Of a DNA stretch of 20,000 bases, positions 1 through 10,315 are shown piece by piece; the stretch's first letter is position 1; each line of letters starts with the position of its first letter. The DNA lies in the NCBI RefSeq assembly GCF_004010195.1, contig NC_057720.1:6736114-6756113 (forward strand), written 5' to 3'. The position numbers and the translations under genes were made by a program. The notes beneath the pieces were generated by a model. It ran no database searches. It saw only the letters and a program-made list of their open reading frames with translations, and had not been told where the DNA came from. The DNA comes from Chiloscyllium plagiosum. Its lineage: Eukaryota.

Positions 1-60
1 ATATGCACATGGACTCTGCCCCCACAGCTCTCTGTGGCAAGGAGTTCCAAAGACAATGCC
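1..60 (-). mobile_element. CR1-type LINE 3'-region fragment
   Basis: The reverse complement reads TCTTTGGAACTCCTTGCCACAGAGAGCTGTGG (LWNSLPQRAV), the typical CR1 ORF2 C-terminal WNxLP motif. Confidence 0.6.
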
Positions 61-1095
61 CTATTTAAAAACAAAACAATCTTCAATTTGCTCTGACATT
101 TGATTAATCAAATTTAAAGTGTTAACAATTCTGTTAGTGCAGAAATCAGCAAGTTTCCAAAACGTATCAGAAAATTCCCGAGCTATTGAAATCTAATCTG
201 AAGTCACATAACACATTCATCCTGTATGGCCAGATCACCAATTTTATTCAGCAAAACCCATTTTTTAAATCATATTGGTCCAGGTTCACCATCGATTCAG
301 GGCGTGGGAGCCATTATCTCAACAAGATTAATGAATATACTCGACTGTCAATTGTAATAAATCTCAGCACAACTTTGAAAATGTTACTTTGAGATTGGTC
401 ACTCAGTGTGGAAGAGTAAATATTCAAAACAATCAAATAATTCTTTAGCTGTTTCACAGGTAAAGACATCTGGTGAATGCCCAGAGATTCAGAAATCCCC
501 ATCGCTAGGAATGGACTATTTGGGATGAAGGGATAACTGAGTGATAAGAGTCAAGGGTCCTCATGACGAAACTATGAAATTCATTATGATGGAGTTCAGT
601 CCTGGTTTCCAGTCAGACGACAGATATCAGGGGACAAAGGTTAGCCTAGAGTTGGGCCCAAGAGTGGGGCATCAAGTGTGGGAGCTCAGAAAATCAAGGG
701 TTGACTCAGGAGATCAGAGTCTGATCTTGGAGTGTGGAACATCAAGGGTAGAGGAAAGAGATGGGTGGGGAATGCATGGGAAAAGGATGATAATAAAGGT
801 GAGGACAGCAATAATCTTTTTAATATGTTGCAAAGAGGTGGAAGCTTGCATATTAATGCATTCTGGTGATTTCTTATCTTCTTCAATGGTTGCACTGTAC
901 TGTGTGATCATTTCTAGCTCTCTGTGTTCGAGTGACAGAAGAGAACCTGTGGGAATCAATAACTCAAAGGAACCAAATCCACTGAGCAACTCCCAGATGA
1001 AGAGATTTATCAAACAAGACTTCGCTTTTTGGAACATTTACTTTAATTAGAATCAATGTAAATAACACATAATCTAACAGACAAATCACAGACTG

Positions 1096-1241
1096 AAATG
1101 AGAGTGTGGTGCTGGAAAAGCACTGCGGGTCAGGCAGCATCCAAGGAGCAGGAGAATGCTTGGATGCTGCCTGACCTGCTGTGCTTTTCCAGCACCAACC
1201 TCTCGACTCTGATCTCGAGCATCTGCAGTCCTCACTTACTC
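1096..1241. mobile_element. Penelope-like terminal repeat, family B, palindromic insertion lacking the ribozyme centre
   Basis: Inverted arms GTGCTGGAAAAGCAC..GGTCAGGCAGCATCCAAG / CTTGGATGCTGCCTGACC..GTGCTTTTCCAGCAC. Same family as 10316-10526 and 19864-20000. TSD CAAATCACAG(A/T)CTG at 1082-1095 and 1242-1255 (13/14). Confidence 0.8.
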
Positions 1242-1328
1242 CAAATCACAGTCTGGATAAAGTACAGAGCACTATAGCTTACTCACAGAGATTCAAGGCC
1301 ATTCTCTTCATCTGCAAGGCTAACAAGG

Positions 1329-1585
1329 CCTAGGACTGAGCTGAGGAGCAACCTCTTCACCCAAAGGGTCATAAATCTGTAGAATTCCCTGCCGAGTGAA
1401 ATAGGTGAGGCTACCTCATTGAAGGTCTTTAAGTAAAGGTAGATTTTTGAACAGTAAACGAATTAATGGTCATGGTAAGCAGGGGATACGTGGAGCTGAG
1501 GCCATGAAAAGATCAGCCATGATGTTATTGAATGGTGGAGCAGGCTCGAGGGGCCAGGTGGCCTACTCCTGCTCCTATTTTTTTT
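1329..1585 (+). mobile_element. CR1-type LINE 3' end
   Basis: Decayed ORF2 end (FTQRV..NSLP) followed by a 3' UTR ending GGCCTACTCCTGCTCCTATTT. Confidence 0.75.
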
Positions 1586-2236
1586 ATTAGCTAACGTTTA
1601 CCACAACCTTTTCCAAGCTCAGATCTTATTCCTAGGGCAGCATTCCAATATTTGTTTCTTCCAGGACAATTCTCTGCAGTCAGTGGTATCCACATTAGCT
1701 GGAGCATGGCCATGGAACTTTTTACACAATTGCACATTTCTTTCATGTTACTCATGCCCCCCCCCAACACAATAACAGCACAGAGGTGGAGAGTGTCAAG
1801 CTCCTGAGATGGTCATCCACAACAAGCTTTCTTAGTCTCTTCATGTGGACGCACTGGTTACAAAGGCCCAATACGTCTCTTCTTCCTCAGGCAGCTGAGG
1901 AAATTTGGCATGATGGCGAATGCCCTTGCCAACTTTTATAGGCGCGCCATCGAGAGCATTCTGTCTGGATGTATCACTGCCTGGTATGGCAACTGTACCA
2001 TTCAAGATCAGAGACGGTTACAGAGAGTGGTGAACTCAGCCCAGACAATCACAAAGGCCAACCTCCCATCTATAGAATCCATCTACCAGGCCCACTGTCA
2101 AGGAAAGGCCGCCAGCATTCTCAAAGATCCATCCCACCCTGGTAATGCTTTTCTACAACCTCGACCATCGGGGAGAAGGTACAGAAGCCTGAACACACAC
2201 ACCAGCTGGTTTCAAAACAGTTTCTACCCTACTGTT

Positions 2237-2442
2237 TTGGAGATGCTGGTGTTGGACTGGGGTGTACAAAATTAAAAATCACACAACACCAGGTTATAGT
2301 CCAACAGGTTTAATTGGAAGCACTAGCTTTCGGAGCGACGCTCCCTCATCAACCACCTGATGAAGGAGCGTCGCTCCAAAAGCTAGTGCTTCCAATTAAA
2401 CCTTTTGAACTACATCCTGATGTTGTGCGATTTTTAACTTTG
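2237..2442. mobile_element. Penelope-like terminal repeat, family A, palindromic insertion
   Basis: About 85-bp inverted arms (AAAAATCACACAACACCAGG..CACTAGCTTTCGGAGC / GCTCCAAAAGCTAGTG..GATTTTT). TSD TACCCT(A/C)CTGTT at 2225-2236 and 2443-2454. Each arm has a mutated hammerhead core. Confidence 0.85.
2354..2388 (+). ncRNA. Minimal hammerhead ribozyme motif, family A, mutated (GAAA to AAAA)
   Basis: CAC-CTGATGA-A-GGAGC-GTC-GCTCC-AAAAG-CTA-GTG. The mirror copy on the minus strand at 2321-2352 has TTGATGA. Confidence 0.65.
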
Positions 2443-2949
2443 TACCCTCCTGTTGTTAGAATACTGAATGGACTCACAAATTCTTAACACTCGCCTGTAC
2501 TGTGTTTCTGTCTTTGCCACTGTTTACCTATTATTTACTTATCTATGCTACTTAACTCTGTGATCCGCCTGTATTGCTCACAAGACAAAGCTTTTCACTG
2601 TGCCTCAGTACATGTGATAAATTCAATTCAATTCAATCCTCAACTTTTAGCTTTCATTGGCTGTGGTATTATAGATCCACCAGAAGGGGTTTCTCCTTCC
2701 TCTTTGTCTCACTGCCATATTCCTCTTGGTACTGCTTCCAGGTCAAGCAATTCCAGATCACATGGGTGAGTATTTATTACCATCCAAACAATTATAATTA
2801 ATCCTTTGTACAAACACTTAAAATTCATTTTTTAACCGTTTCAAGAGTGATTGAAAATAACTCAACTATCTTAAAGAAACGATAATATTTTGTTTCCCTA
2901 TTGTTAGTGTTTCTAAGTCAAATGGTGTCACAACTGCCATTTGGACAGG

Positions 2950-3030
2950 AACATAAATGTATCTGTAACAGGAATAGCTCATTCAGGCCATCAAGCCTGC
3001 CTCACTATTTAATGTGATCATGGCTGATTC
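2950..3030 (-). mobile_element. Short CR1 3' UTR fragment
   Basis: CATTCAGGCCATCAAGCCTGC..AATGTGATCATGGCTGAT resembles 6600-6650 and the reverse complement of 1510-1570. Confidence 0.55.
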
Positions 3031-4019
3031 TGTGTCTACGTTGGCAGATAAAGAACTTTGTAGTCAAATGATCTCTTTCCAGATTATGTTCTACAGTCCT
3101 GCAGGTCCGGTCACCTCCCTGTGTAAATGTAACCATCCCTCTCCTGTGGCATAGGCCCCAGACCTGACCTCCTGGCCTCAGATCCACCCAAGGGGATAAC
3201 TGAAGCGGAGGCTACCATACTTCCACTTACTCTGGGCATTGGTTACCTCTGATGCCATAGAAGGAGGACTCAGTAAAACTGGTGACTGAGGCCCAGAGTC
3301 ACAGAGTCAAAGAATCAAACAGCATGGAAACAAACTCATCAGTCCAACTCATCCATGCCAACCAGCTTTCCCAAAACCAAACTCATCCCATTTGCCTGCA
3401 TTTAAATCATATCCCTCTAAATCTTTCCTATTCATGTAACAGTCAAAATGTCTTTTAAACATTGCTGTGGTTCTGTTCGCCGAGCTGGAAGTTTTTGTTG
3501 CAAACGTTTCGTCCCCTGGCTAGGCGAGTGCTTGGGAGCCTCCTGCGAAGCGCTTCTTTGATGTTTCCTCCGGTGTTTATAGTGGTCTGTCCCTGCCGCT
3601 TCCGGTTGTCAGTTTCAGCTGTCCGCTGTAGTGGTTGGTATATTGGGTCCGGGTCGATGTGTTTGTTGATGGAGTTTGTGGATGAATGCCATGCCTCTAG
3701 GAATTCCCTGGCTGTTCTGTCTGGCTTGCCCTATGACAGTAGTGTTGTCCCAGTCGAATTCATGTTGGCGACAACAAGCAACATGAATTTGACTGGGAAA
3801 ACATTACCATTATAGGGCAAGCCAAACAAAGAACAGCCAGGGAATTCCTAGAAGCATGGCACTCATCCACAAACTCCATCAACAAACACATCGACCTGGA
3901 CCCAATATACCAACCACTACAGCGGACAGCTGAAACTGACAACCGGAAGCGGCAGGGACAGACCACTATAAAACATCAAAGAAGCGCTTCACAGGAGGCT
4001 CCCAAGCACTGAGGATGTC

Positions 4020-4134
4020 NNNNNNNNNNNNNNNNNNNNNNNNNNNNNNNNNNNNNNNNNNNNNNNNNNNNNNNNNNNNNNNNNNNNNNNNNNNNNNNNN
4101 NNNNNNNNNNNNNNNNNNNNNNNNNNNNNNNNNN
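4020..4134. other. Assembly gap (115 N)
   Basis: Run of N inside the tandem part of the Penelope-like element. Confidence 1.
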
Positions 4135-4225
4135 ACAGCTGAAACTGACAACCGGTAGCGGCAGGGACAGACCACTATAAACACCGGAGGAAACATCAAA
4201 GAAGCGCTTCGCAGGAGGCTCCCAA

Positions 4226-4265
4226 GCACTGATGATGTCGCCTAGCCAGGGGACGAAACGTTTGC
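4226..4265 (+). ncRNA. Minimal type I hammerhead ribozyme, family C, intact core
   Basis: GCA-CTGATGA-T-GTC.G.CCT(AGCC)AGG.G.GAC-GAAAC-GTT-TGC. Stem I GCA/UGC, stem II GUC/GAC plus CCU/AGG, palindromic ACGU as stem III, GUU cleavage triplet at 4260-4262. Confidence 0.8.
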
Positions 4266-5053
4266 AACAAAAACTTCCAGCTCGGCGAACAGAACCACAG
4301 CAACGAGCACCCGAGCTACAAATCTTCTCACAAACTTTGATCTTTTAAACATTGTAAGTGTACCTGCATCCAACACTTCCTCTTGCAATTCATTCCACAT
4401 ATGGACCACCCTCTGTATTAAAAAATTGTCTTTCAGGTCCCTTTTAAATCTTTCTCCTCTCACCTTAAAACTTCGACTCAAATTTGTTTTCTTTAAAGTG
4501 GAGATCCAGAATAATTAGTACGTTCATTTTCAAGCAATGCTGTTTTATTTTACTGGGTTTTCCCTCAGGGTTGGGATTCAGGAATAGGAATGTTGTTTGT
4601 TTCCAGTAATGGTTCCATACCCCGAATCATCAAGGACCAGAGAGAGGTTGACCCCTTGACAGTGCAAATCCAAGAAAGTTCTGGAAACTGTAAATACGCA
4701 CCATCGCTATCGTGATTGTGCAGTCTTCATGGAGACGGAGGATCTTCATGGGAACTGTGTCTGTCAGTAGCCTGGAGAAAGGGTTTCTACATTCCAATGT
4801 TTTGACTTCAATAAACTGAATTGCAATTCATAAGTTATTACATTCATAATTAACTCGAGACAATTAGGACACACCCGTAATGAGATCCTTCAAGTATAAA
4901 GTGAGATCACAGTCAGCCTTAAGCATTGTGATTAAAGTAGATCAAAGAGACAGCTGTTTCAGTCCTGGAATTGAAGTCAGCTGTTCTCACTTTCTTTGTT
5001 AAAGTAAATTCTGCCAAATATGTTGTGTTCTGTTTCACATTCTGTCCATAGAA

Positions 5054-5346
5054 GACAGCACGGTGGCTCAGTGGTTAGCACTGCTACATCACAGCACCAG
5101 GGATCCAGATTCAATTCTGCCCTTTGGGTAATTGTATGGAGTTTGCACATTCTCCCTGTGTCAGCGTGGGTTTCCTCCGGGTGCTCCGGTTTCCTCCCAC
5201 AGTCCAAAGATGTGCAGTTTAGGTGGATTGGCCATGTTCAGTTGTGCAGTTTAGGTGGGTTAGCCATGGGAAATATAGGGGGTAGGATGCTCTTTGGAGG
5301 GTCAGTGTGGCCTGAACGGTCTGCCCCACAAAGTAGGGATTTTACG
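5054..5346 (+). mobile_element. tRNA-derived V-SINE (HE1-like)
   Basis: A box TGGCTCAGTGG at 5064-5074, B-box-like GATTCAATTC, V-domain GGAGTTTGCACATTCTCC..GGGTTTCCTCCGGGTGCTCCGGTTTCCTCCCACAGTCCAAAGA, and a CR1-like tail. Confidence 0.9.
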
Positions 5347-5540
5347 AAGGTTCACACAGCTCTGTGTGATGTGATCATCAACTGGTTTTAACATTGATTC
5401 ATCCTTGTAGGAAATAGCAGAAGAGCAAAGTGTTTCAAAGTGTTGCCAAAAGCAAATTATCTTATTAAATTACTGTCTCTGATTACTTTAACAAATGAAG
5501 CAAACATTTTGTGTCAACATATCCTGTGAAACAACCTGAA

Positions 5541-5743
5541 TGAAAGACTTGCATTTATATAGCATCTTTCATGAATATGTGCGAAAGGGCTTTACCACCA
5601 GTAAAGTACTTTTGAATCGTAGTAATCGTTATAATACAGGAGTCTCACTAGAAATTTGCACACAGTAAGCTCACATGAGAAGGAATACAATGATGATCAG
5701 GTATCATAGTTTCAGTGACATTGGTTGTTGGATAAATACCAGC
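5541..5743 (-). mobile_element. Deu-SINE (AmnSINE1/SacSINE1-like) 3' portion
   Basis: AAAGACTTGCATTTATATAGC..AAGTACTTTTGAA..AATTTGCACACAG..GGATAAATA is collinear with the reverse complement of the recalled Deu-SINE 3' consensus. Confidence 0.75.
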
Positions 5744-6039
5744 TTCTCATGAAGGAATTTCCAAACTTCGGACTAGGATTCTTGGAGGTGTGTTCACCAA
5801 GAGTAGGACAAACTCTATGAGAAGGCATTGTTGGAGGAAACTGAGATTACCCAAGAAATTTAGACAATGTCACAGTTGCAGTGAGTGAGACTGTGTAAAA
5901 GTGCTCACCCACTGACAGATCTGGTCTTGCACAACGACTGTGCCTCTCTAACAGGCATGGCTGGAGGATGTAGAAGTACGGAACCATGAATCCATGGAGG
6001 GAATGGAACATGAGGATTTTTTGGAGTATGTGTTCGGCG

Positions 6040-6500
6040 CTGAAGACAATGCCTTTGCCTGAATGGGGGGTAGCTCCAACAACATTCAAGATGGTTGACA
6101 CCATCCAGGACAAAGCAGTCCCCACTAAATTGGCACCACATTCACAAACATCCACTCCCTCTACCATCAATGCTCAGTAGCAACAGTGTGTACTATCTAC
6201 GCAATGCACCTCAGAAATTCACCAAAGATCCTCAGACAGCACCTTCCAAACCCATGCCAATCTCTGTCTAGAAGGACAAAGGCAGCAGATACATGGGAAC
6301 ACAGTTCCCCTCCAATCCACTCACCATCCTGACTTGGAAATAAATCACTTTTCCTTTACTGTGCTGGGTCAAAACCCTAGAACTCCCTCCCTAACAGCAC
6401 TGTGGGTCTACCTACAGCGCAGGGATTACAGTGATTCAGGAAGACAGCTCACTACCAGATGTATTCTGGGATGAGCAACAAATGTTCAATGATGCAACGT
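6040..6500 (+). mobile_element. CR1/L2-group LINE (second family) 3' end
   Basis: APTTFKMVDTIQDKA motif and a downstream W/xNSLP region. Homologous to 14810-15355 and 16612-16820. Confidence 0.75.
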
Positions 6501-6575
6501 ATGAAAGAAATTTTTAATTTAATGACCTCAGTCATTTGCCCCATCTAAAAGTGTTCATTCAGGATCCAGATACTT

Positions 6576-6995
6576 TAGAAACATAGAAAATAGGAGCAGG
6601 AGTAGGCCATTCAGCCCTTCAAGCCAGCACCACCATTGAATATGATCATGACCGGCACCGTATTCGGGCTTTCTCCCCATATCCTTTGATCCATTTAGCG
6701 CTAAACACTATGTATAACTCCTTCTTGAAAACATTCAATGTTTAGGCCTCAACCACTTTCTGTGGCAGAGAATTCCGCAGGCTTCCCACTCTCTGGGTGA
6801 AGACATTTCTCCTCATCTCAGTCCAACTCAGATTCTTAGACCATGACCCTTGGTTCTGGACTCCCTCATCATTGGGAAACATTCTTCCTGCAGTTACACT
6901 GTCCAGTCCTTTAAAGTATTGTAGGTTTCAGTCAGAATTCCGCCTCCCCCACCCCTCCACGCACCCCAAACACCCCAACTCTTCTAAACTTCAGG
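6576..6995 (-). mobile_element. CR1-type LINE 3' end
   Basis: TAGAAACATAGAAAATAGGAGCAGGAGTAGGCCATTCAGCCC tail. The minus strand reads FTQRVGSLRNSLPQKVVEA. Confidence 0.85.
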
Positions 6996-7604
6996 TAAAC
7001 TCCATTTACCCCTGTTCTCCTTGCTAAGTTGATTTCAGCTTGCAATTCCATAAAGGTTGCCTGGTAAGAAAATGTAATGAGCTGGAGGGTGCAAAGGCAA
7101 GCCCAATGAATGGTTTACATACCCAACTCCAGCTCCAGCAAAATGTATCCCTACATATTCATAGGGGGTAGATGGACAATGAAACAGTAACTCTGTAACT
7201 AAATGAAACTTAATGGTTATGAGTATTAAGTCTTCATTTTGCACCCTCAATGGAACTGCCCAGCACCACATGAGAAAAGTCTAATCCAGAAGCAAATATA
7301 CTGTCTCTTCAATTTGCCATTGTGAATTGTAAGATTGACTTATCCAAATATCTTGGATCTTGCAGTTCTATCATCTGAACAGTCAAACCTGCCCTTTGCA
7401 ATGACCAGGTTGGCACCTCATGGTTTCAGCAGCCAACCAACCCAACCCTGTTTTTTATAAGAGGAAGGGTCTCCCTTTGGCCCAGGCACAGCAGATGGGT
7501 TTCAAAGAGGGACAAGAGGCTGTTTTTGTTCCTTCCCCCGTCTGCTCCTGCCCTGTACAGAAGTATCCTTTTCTCAAGATGGCATTCTTTATGTGTGCGT
7601 TTAT

Positions 7605-7722
7605 CAAATTAATTCATGGGCTTGTCACTGAGTGTCATTGGCTGGGCCCAGCATTTATTGCCCGTCCCTAGTTAAACTTGAGAAGATGGTAGTGAGCTGC
7701 CTTCCTGAATTGCTGCAGTTGG
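7605..7722 (-). mobile_element. 3' end of second-family LINE (probably continues at about 8070-8145)
   Basis: CAGCATTTATTGCCCGTCCCTAGTT..TTGAGAAGATGGTAGTGAGCTGCCTTC is the reverse complement of the 16720-16790 type sequence. Confidence 0.7.
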
Positions 7723-7728
7723 TGGGGC

Positions 7729-8066
7729 TTTTATTTATTTGATCATGGGATGAGGGCATCGCTAGTGAGGCTAGCATTTATTGCCCATCCCTAATTGCCC
7801 AGAGGGCAGTTAAGAGTCAACCACACTGCTGGAATTGCATGTAGGTCCGGTGAGGAGGGCAGTTTCTTTCCCAAAAGGACATAAGTGAACCAGACATGGG
7901 TTTTTTCGACAATGGATTCATGGTCATCATTTGACTCTTAATTCCAGATTTGTTTTATTGAACTCAAACTCTCCCATCCATGGGATACAAACTCAGGTCC
8001 CCAGAACATTATCTGGGTCTCTGGATTAACAGCCCAGCGATAATACCACTAGGCCATCACCTGCCC
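7729..8066 (-). mobile_element. tRNA-like SINE with second-family LINE tail
   Basis: Collinear reverse complement of 18703-19030 (head ..AATGTTCTGGGGACCTG.., tail GGGCAATTAGGGATGGGCAATAAATGC). Confidence 0.8.
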
Positions 8067-8145
8067 CAATTGTGGATTGTTCCACAATACCCTTACAAAG
8101 GAGGTTGCAAGATTTTGACCTCGCAACAGTGAATAAATGGTGATA

Positions 8146-8275
8146 TGCAGATGAACCTCAATTATCCGGCATCCGATTATCCGAGTATCGGATTATGCAG
8201 TGAGATCACAAGGTCCTGATGCTTGGCTAAACTATGTTATGCAGCATCCAATTATCTGGAATAAGATTAACTGAG
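8146..8275. mobile_element. Possible Tigger/pogo-like MITE end
   Basis: CAGATGAACCTCAATTATCCGG followed by repeated ATTATCCG-like subterminal motifs, resembling Tc1/mariner-Tigger terminal inverted repeats (TIRs). No second end was found. Confidence 0.45.
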
Positions 8276-8276
8276 C

Positions 8277-9388
8277 AAAACTCCATTTGCCACCTCTCAG
8301 CCCAGCTCTGTAGCTTAGCTATGTCCCTCTGTAACCTGCAACATCCTTCAGCACTATCGACAATTCCACCGACCTTAGTGTCATCCGCAAATTTACTAAC
8401 CCATCCTTCTATGCCCTCATCCAGGTCATTTATAAAAATAACAAACAGCAGTGGCCCCAAGACAGATCTTTGCATTACCACTAGTAACTGAACTCCAGGA
8501 TGAGCATTTCCAATCAACCACCACCCTCTGTCTTCTCTCAACTAGCCAATTTCTGATCCAAACCGCTAAATCACCCTCAATCCTATGCCTCTGTATTTTG
8601 TGCAATAGCCTACTGCGGGGAACCGTATCAAAGGCCGTACTGAAATCCATATACACCACATCAACCGCTTTACCCTCATCCACCTGTTTGGCCACCATCT
8701 CAAAGAACTCAATAAGGTTTGTGAGGCATGACCTACCCTTCACTAAACTGTGTTGACTATCCTTAATCAACTTATTCATTTCTAGATGATTATAAATCCT
8801 ATCTCTTGTAACCTTTCCAACATGTTACCCACAACCGAAGTAAGGCTCACATATCTATAATTACCAGGGTTGTCTCTACTCCCCTTCTTCAACAAGGGGA
8901 CAATGTTTGCTAACCTCCTGTTTTCTGGCGTTACTCTTGTAGACAATGACAACATAAAGATCAAAGCCAAAGGTTCTGCAATCTCTTCCCTGCCTTCCCA
9001 GAGAAGCCTAGGATAAATACCATCTGGCCCAGGGGACTTACCTATTTTCACACTTTCCAGAATTGCTAACACCTCCTCCTTGTGAACCTCAATCCCCTCT
9101 AATCTAGTAGACTGTATCTCAGTATTGTCCTCAACCACATTGTCTTTTTCTAGTGTGAATGCTGATGAAAAATAGTCATTTAGCGCTCCCTCTATCTCAT
9201 AGATTTCACGCACAACTTCCCACTAATGTCCTTGATTGACCCTAATCTTATTCTAATTATTCTTTTATTTCTGATATACCTATAGAAAGCTTTAGGGTTT
9301 TTTTTGATCCTATCTGCCAATTACTTCGCATCTCCCCTCCTGGTTCTTCTTAGGTCTCTCTTCAGGTCTTTCCTGGCTCACTTGTAAC
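8277..9388 (-). mobile_element. CR1 LINE ORF2 reverse-transcriptase fragment (frameshifted, internal piece)
   Basis: Motifs across three frames: NPKAFYRYI, KSPGPDGIYPRLL, NYRYVSLTSVVG, GRSCLTNL, VDVVYMDFSTAFD, SVLGPLLFVIFINDLD, SKFADDTK, WAERWQMEF. Confidence 0.95.
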
Positions 9389-9507
9389 ATCCCACCCAGA
9401 CCCAGTCCCAAGCCTATCCCTGTAATCGTGAGTTGTTGGAGTTGCTGTTGCTGTTGCTATTTAATCATTCATGGGCTAATCCACCTAGCTACACATTACT
9501 GAACACC
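9389..9507 (-). mobile_element. Degenerate HE1-like SINE fragment
   Basis: CCCACCCAGACCC..ATCCCTGTAA..GGCTAATCCACCTAGC parallels 9674-9735. Confidence 0.55.
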
Positions 9508-9602
9508 CTTCCTTTCATATTTCCTATGAGGATGAATCAATAAAATTGAAGGATTAAAACTAACTGGTGATCAGAGTTGAATTTGTTGTTGAATGGCGCA
9601 CC

Positions 9603-9941
9603 TTCATAAAATTTATACTTCGTGGAAGCAAGCCACTCAGCCCATTAAGTCCATACCGACCCTCCAAAGAGCATCCACCCAGACCCACTCCATCCCTGTA
9701 ACCCTGCATTTCCCATGGCTAACCCACCTAGCCTGCACACCTTATGCAATTTAGCATGGCCAATCCACCTAAACTGCACATTTTTGGACTGTGTGAGGAA
9801 ATCACAGCATCCAGATGATATCCATGCAGACACGGGGAGAACGTGTAAACTCCACACTGACAGTTGTGTGAGGGTGGATTCAAACTCGGGTCCATAGCAC
9901 TGTGAGGCAACAAAGCTAACTGCTGAACCACTGCGTACTCC
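9603..9941 (-). mobile_element. tRNA-derived V-SINE (HE1-like)
   Basis: Reverse complement of the 5054 and 14444 family, with A box TGGTTCAGCAG, B box GTTTGAATCC and the V-domain. Confidence 0.9.
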
Positions 9942-10315
9942 CCAGGATGATTTGGGATGAATGGTAAGTGCTCAGTGAACAAGTGATACCCACAGCTCAT
10001 GGATAACTGAAGAACAAGTGCAGTAATTCAGACTGAGTGAGCTATCACACCTCACTCCCATCGATTGGGAAAGGCTGAATGGGCTTGTTCTCTTTTCCCT
10101 TGAAATGAGAATACTGAGGGATTTGGAAACGTTCTGACAATTACTTTCCACTTACTGCCGTGGGCGAGGTCATAACTGGAGACCATCAATACAATAAGTC
10201 ACTCAGAAATCCAAGCAGGAATTCAGAAGAAACTTCTTAATGTGAAGCGCAGTGAGGAAAAGAATCTCACCTCCACAGGGAATGGTCAAGGTGAATCATA
10301 TGGGCATATCTAAAT

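Larger units (their letters stand above)
1765..2637 (+). mobile_element. Rex1/Babar-type LINE 3' end, interrupted by a Penelope-like insertion
   Basis: ORF 1910-2236 reads FYRRAIESILSGCITAWYGNC..LQRVV..KAASILKDPSHP..PSGRRYRS..NSFYP, the C-terminus characteristic of Rex1/Babar RT proteins. The upstream part is frameshifted (RLFFLRQLRKFG). The element ends in a (TTCAA)n tail at about 2621-2637. Confidence 0.85.
3465..4340. mobile_element. Penelope-like element, family C: inverted arm (3465-3767, minus) plus forward arm (3768-4340) with a tandem terminal repeat
   Basis: Perfect 14-bp TSD TCTTTTAAACATTG (3451-3464, 4341-4354). The plus frame from 3770 reads DNKQHEFDWENITIIGQAKQRTAREFLEAWHSSTNSINKHIDLDPIYQPL, matching the C-terminal half of a Penelope GIY-YIG endonuclease (H.FDW..R..LE.W..IN). 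Hammerhead motifs are present in the terminal repeat. Confidence 0.9.
3296..4470 (-). mobile_element. CR1-type LINE 3' end split by a Penelope-like insertion (pieces 3296-3464 and 4341-4470)
   Basis: Minus-strand FKVRGERFKRDLKDNFLIQRVVHMWNELQEEVLDAGTLTMFKR is a CR1 ORF2 C-terminus. The 3' UTR resumes on the other side of the insertion. Confidence 0.85.

Noticed and set aside
541..1050. 169-aa plus ORF and the overlapping 107-aa minus ORF with a hydrophobic stretch
   Set aside because: The plus ORF has a GTG start, neither has a recognisable domain, and there is no coherent gene model. Kept only as a weak exon candidate.
1910..2275. 121-aa ORF as a host gene
   Set aside because: It is the C-terminus of a Rex/Babar LINE protein reading into an inserted PLE.
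2237..2442. Palindromes as miRNA precursors or classical MITEs (also 1096, 10316, 12142)
   Set aside because: Asymmetric arms, variable centres, long TSDs, single-arm copies and hammerhead cores fit Penelope-like ends better. Small-RNA production is not excluded.
3462..4229. Three near-identical ORFs (VVCPCRFRLSVSA..) suggesting a gene family
   Set aside because: They are antisense readings of the repeated Penelope arms. The real frame is the GIY-YIG one.
5054..5130. tRNA gene (also at about 9870-9941 and 14444-14510)
   Set aside because: The A/B boxes belong to SINE heads followed by the V-domain. There is no intact cloverleaf.
8426..9213. Functional reverse transcriptase or retron-like system
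   Set aside because: It is a frameshifted, truncated CR1 ORF2 with degraded motifs.
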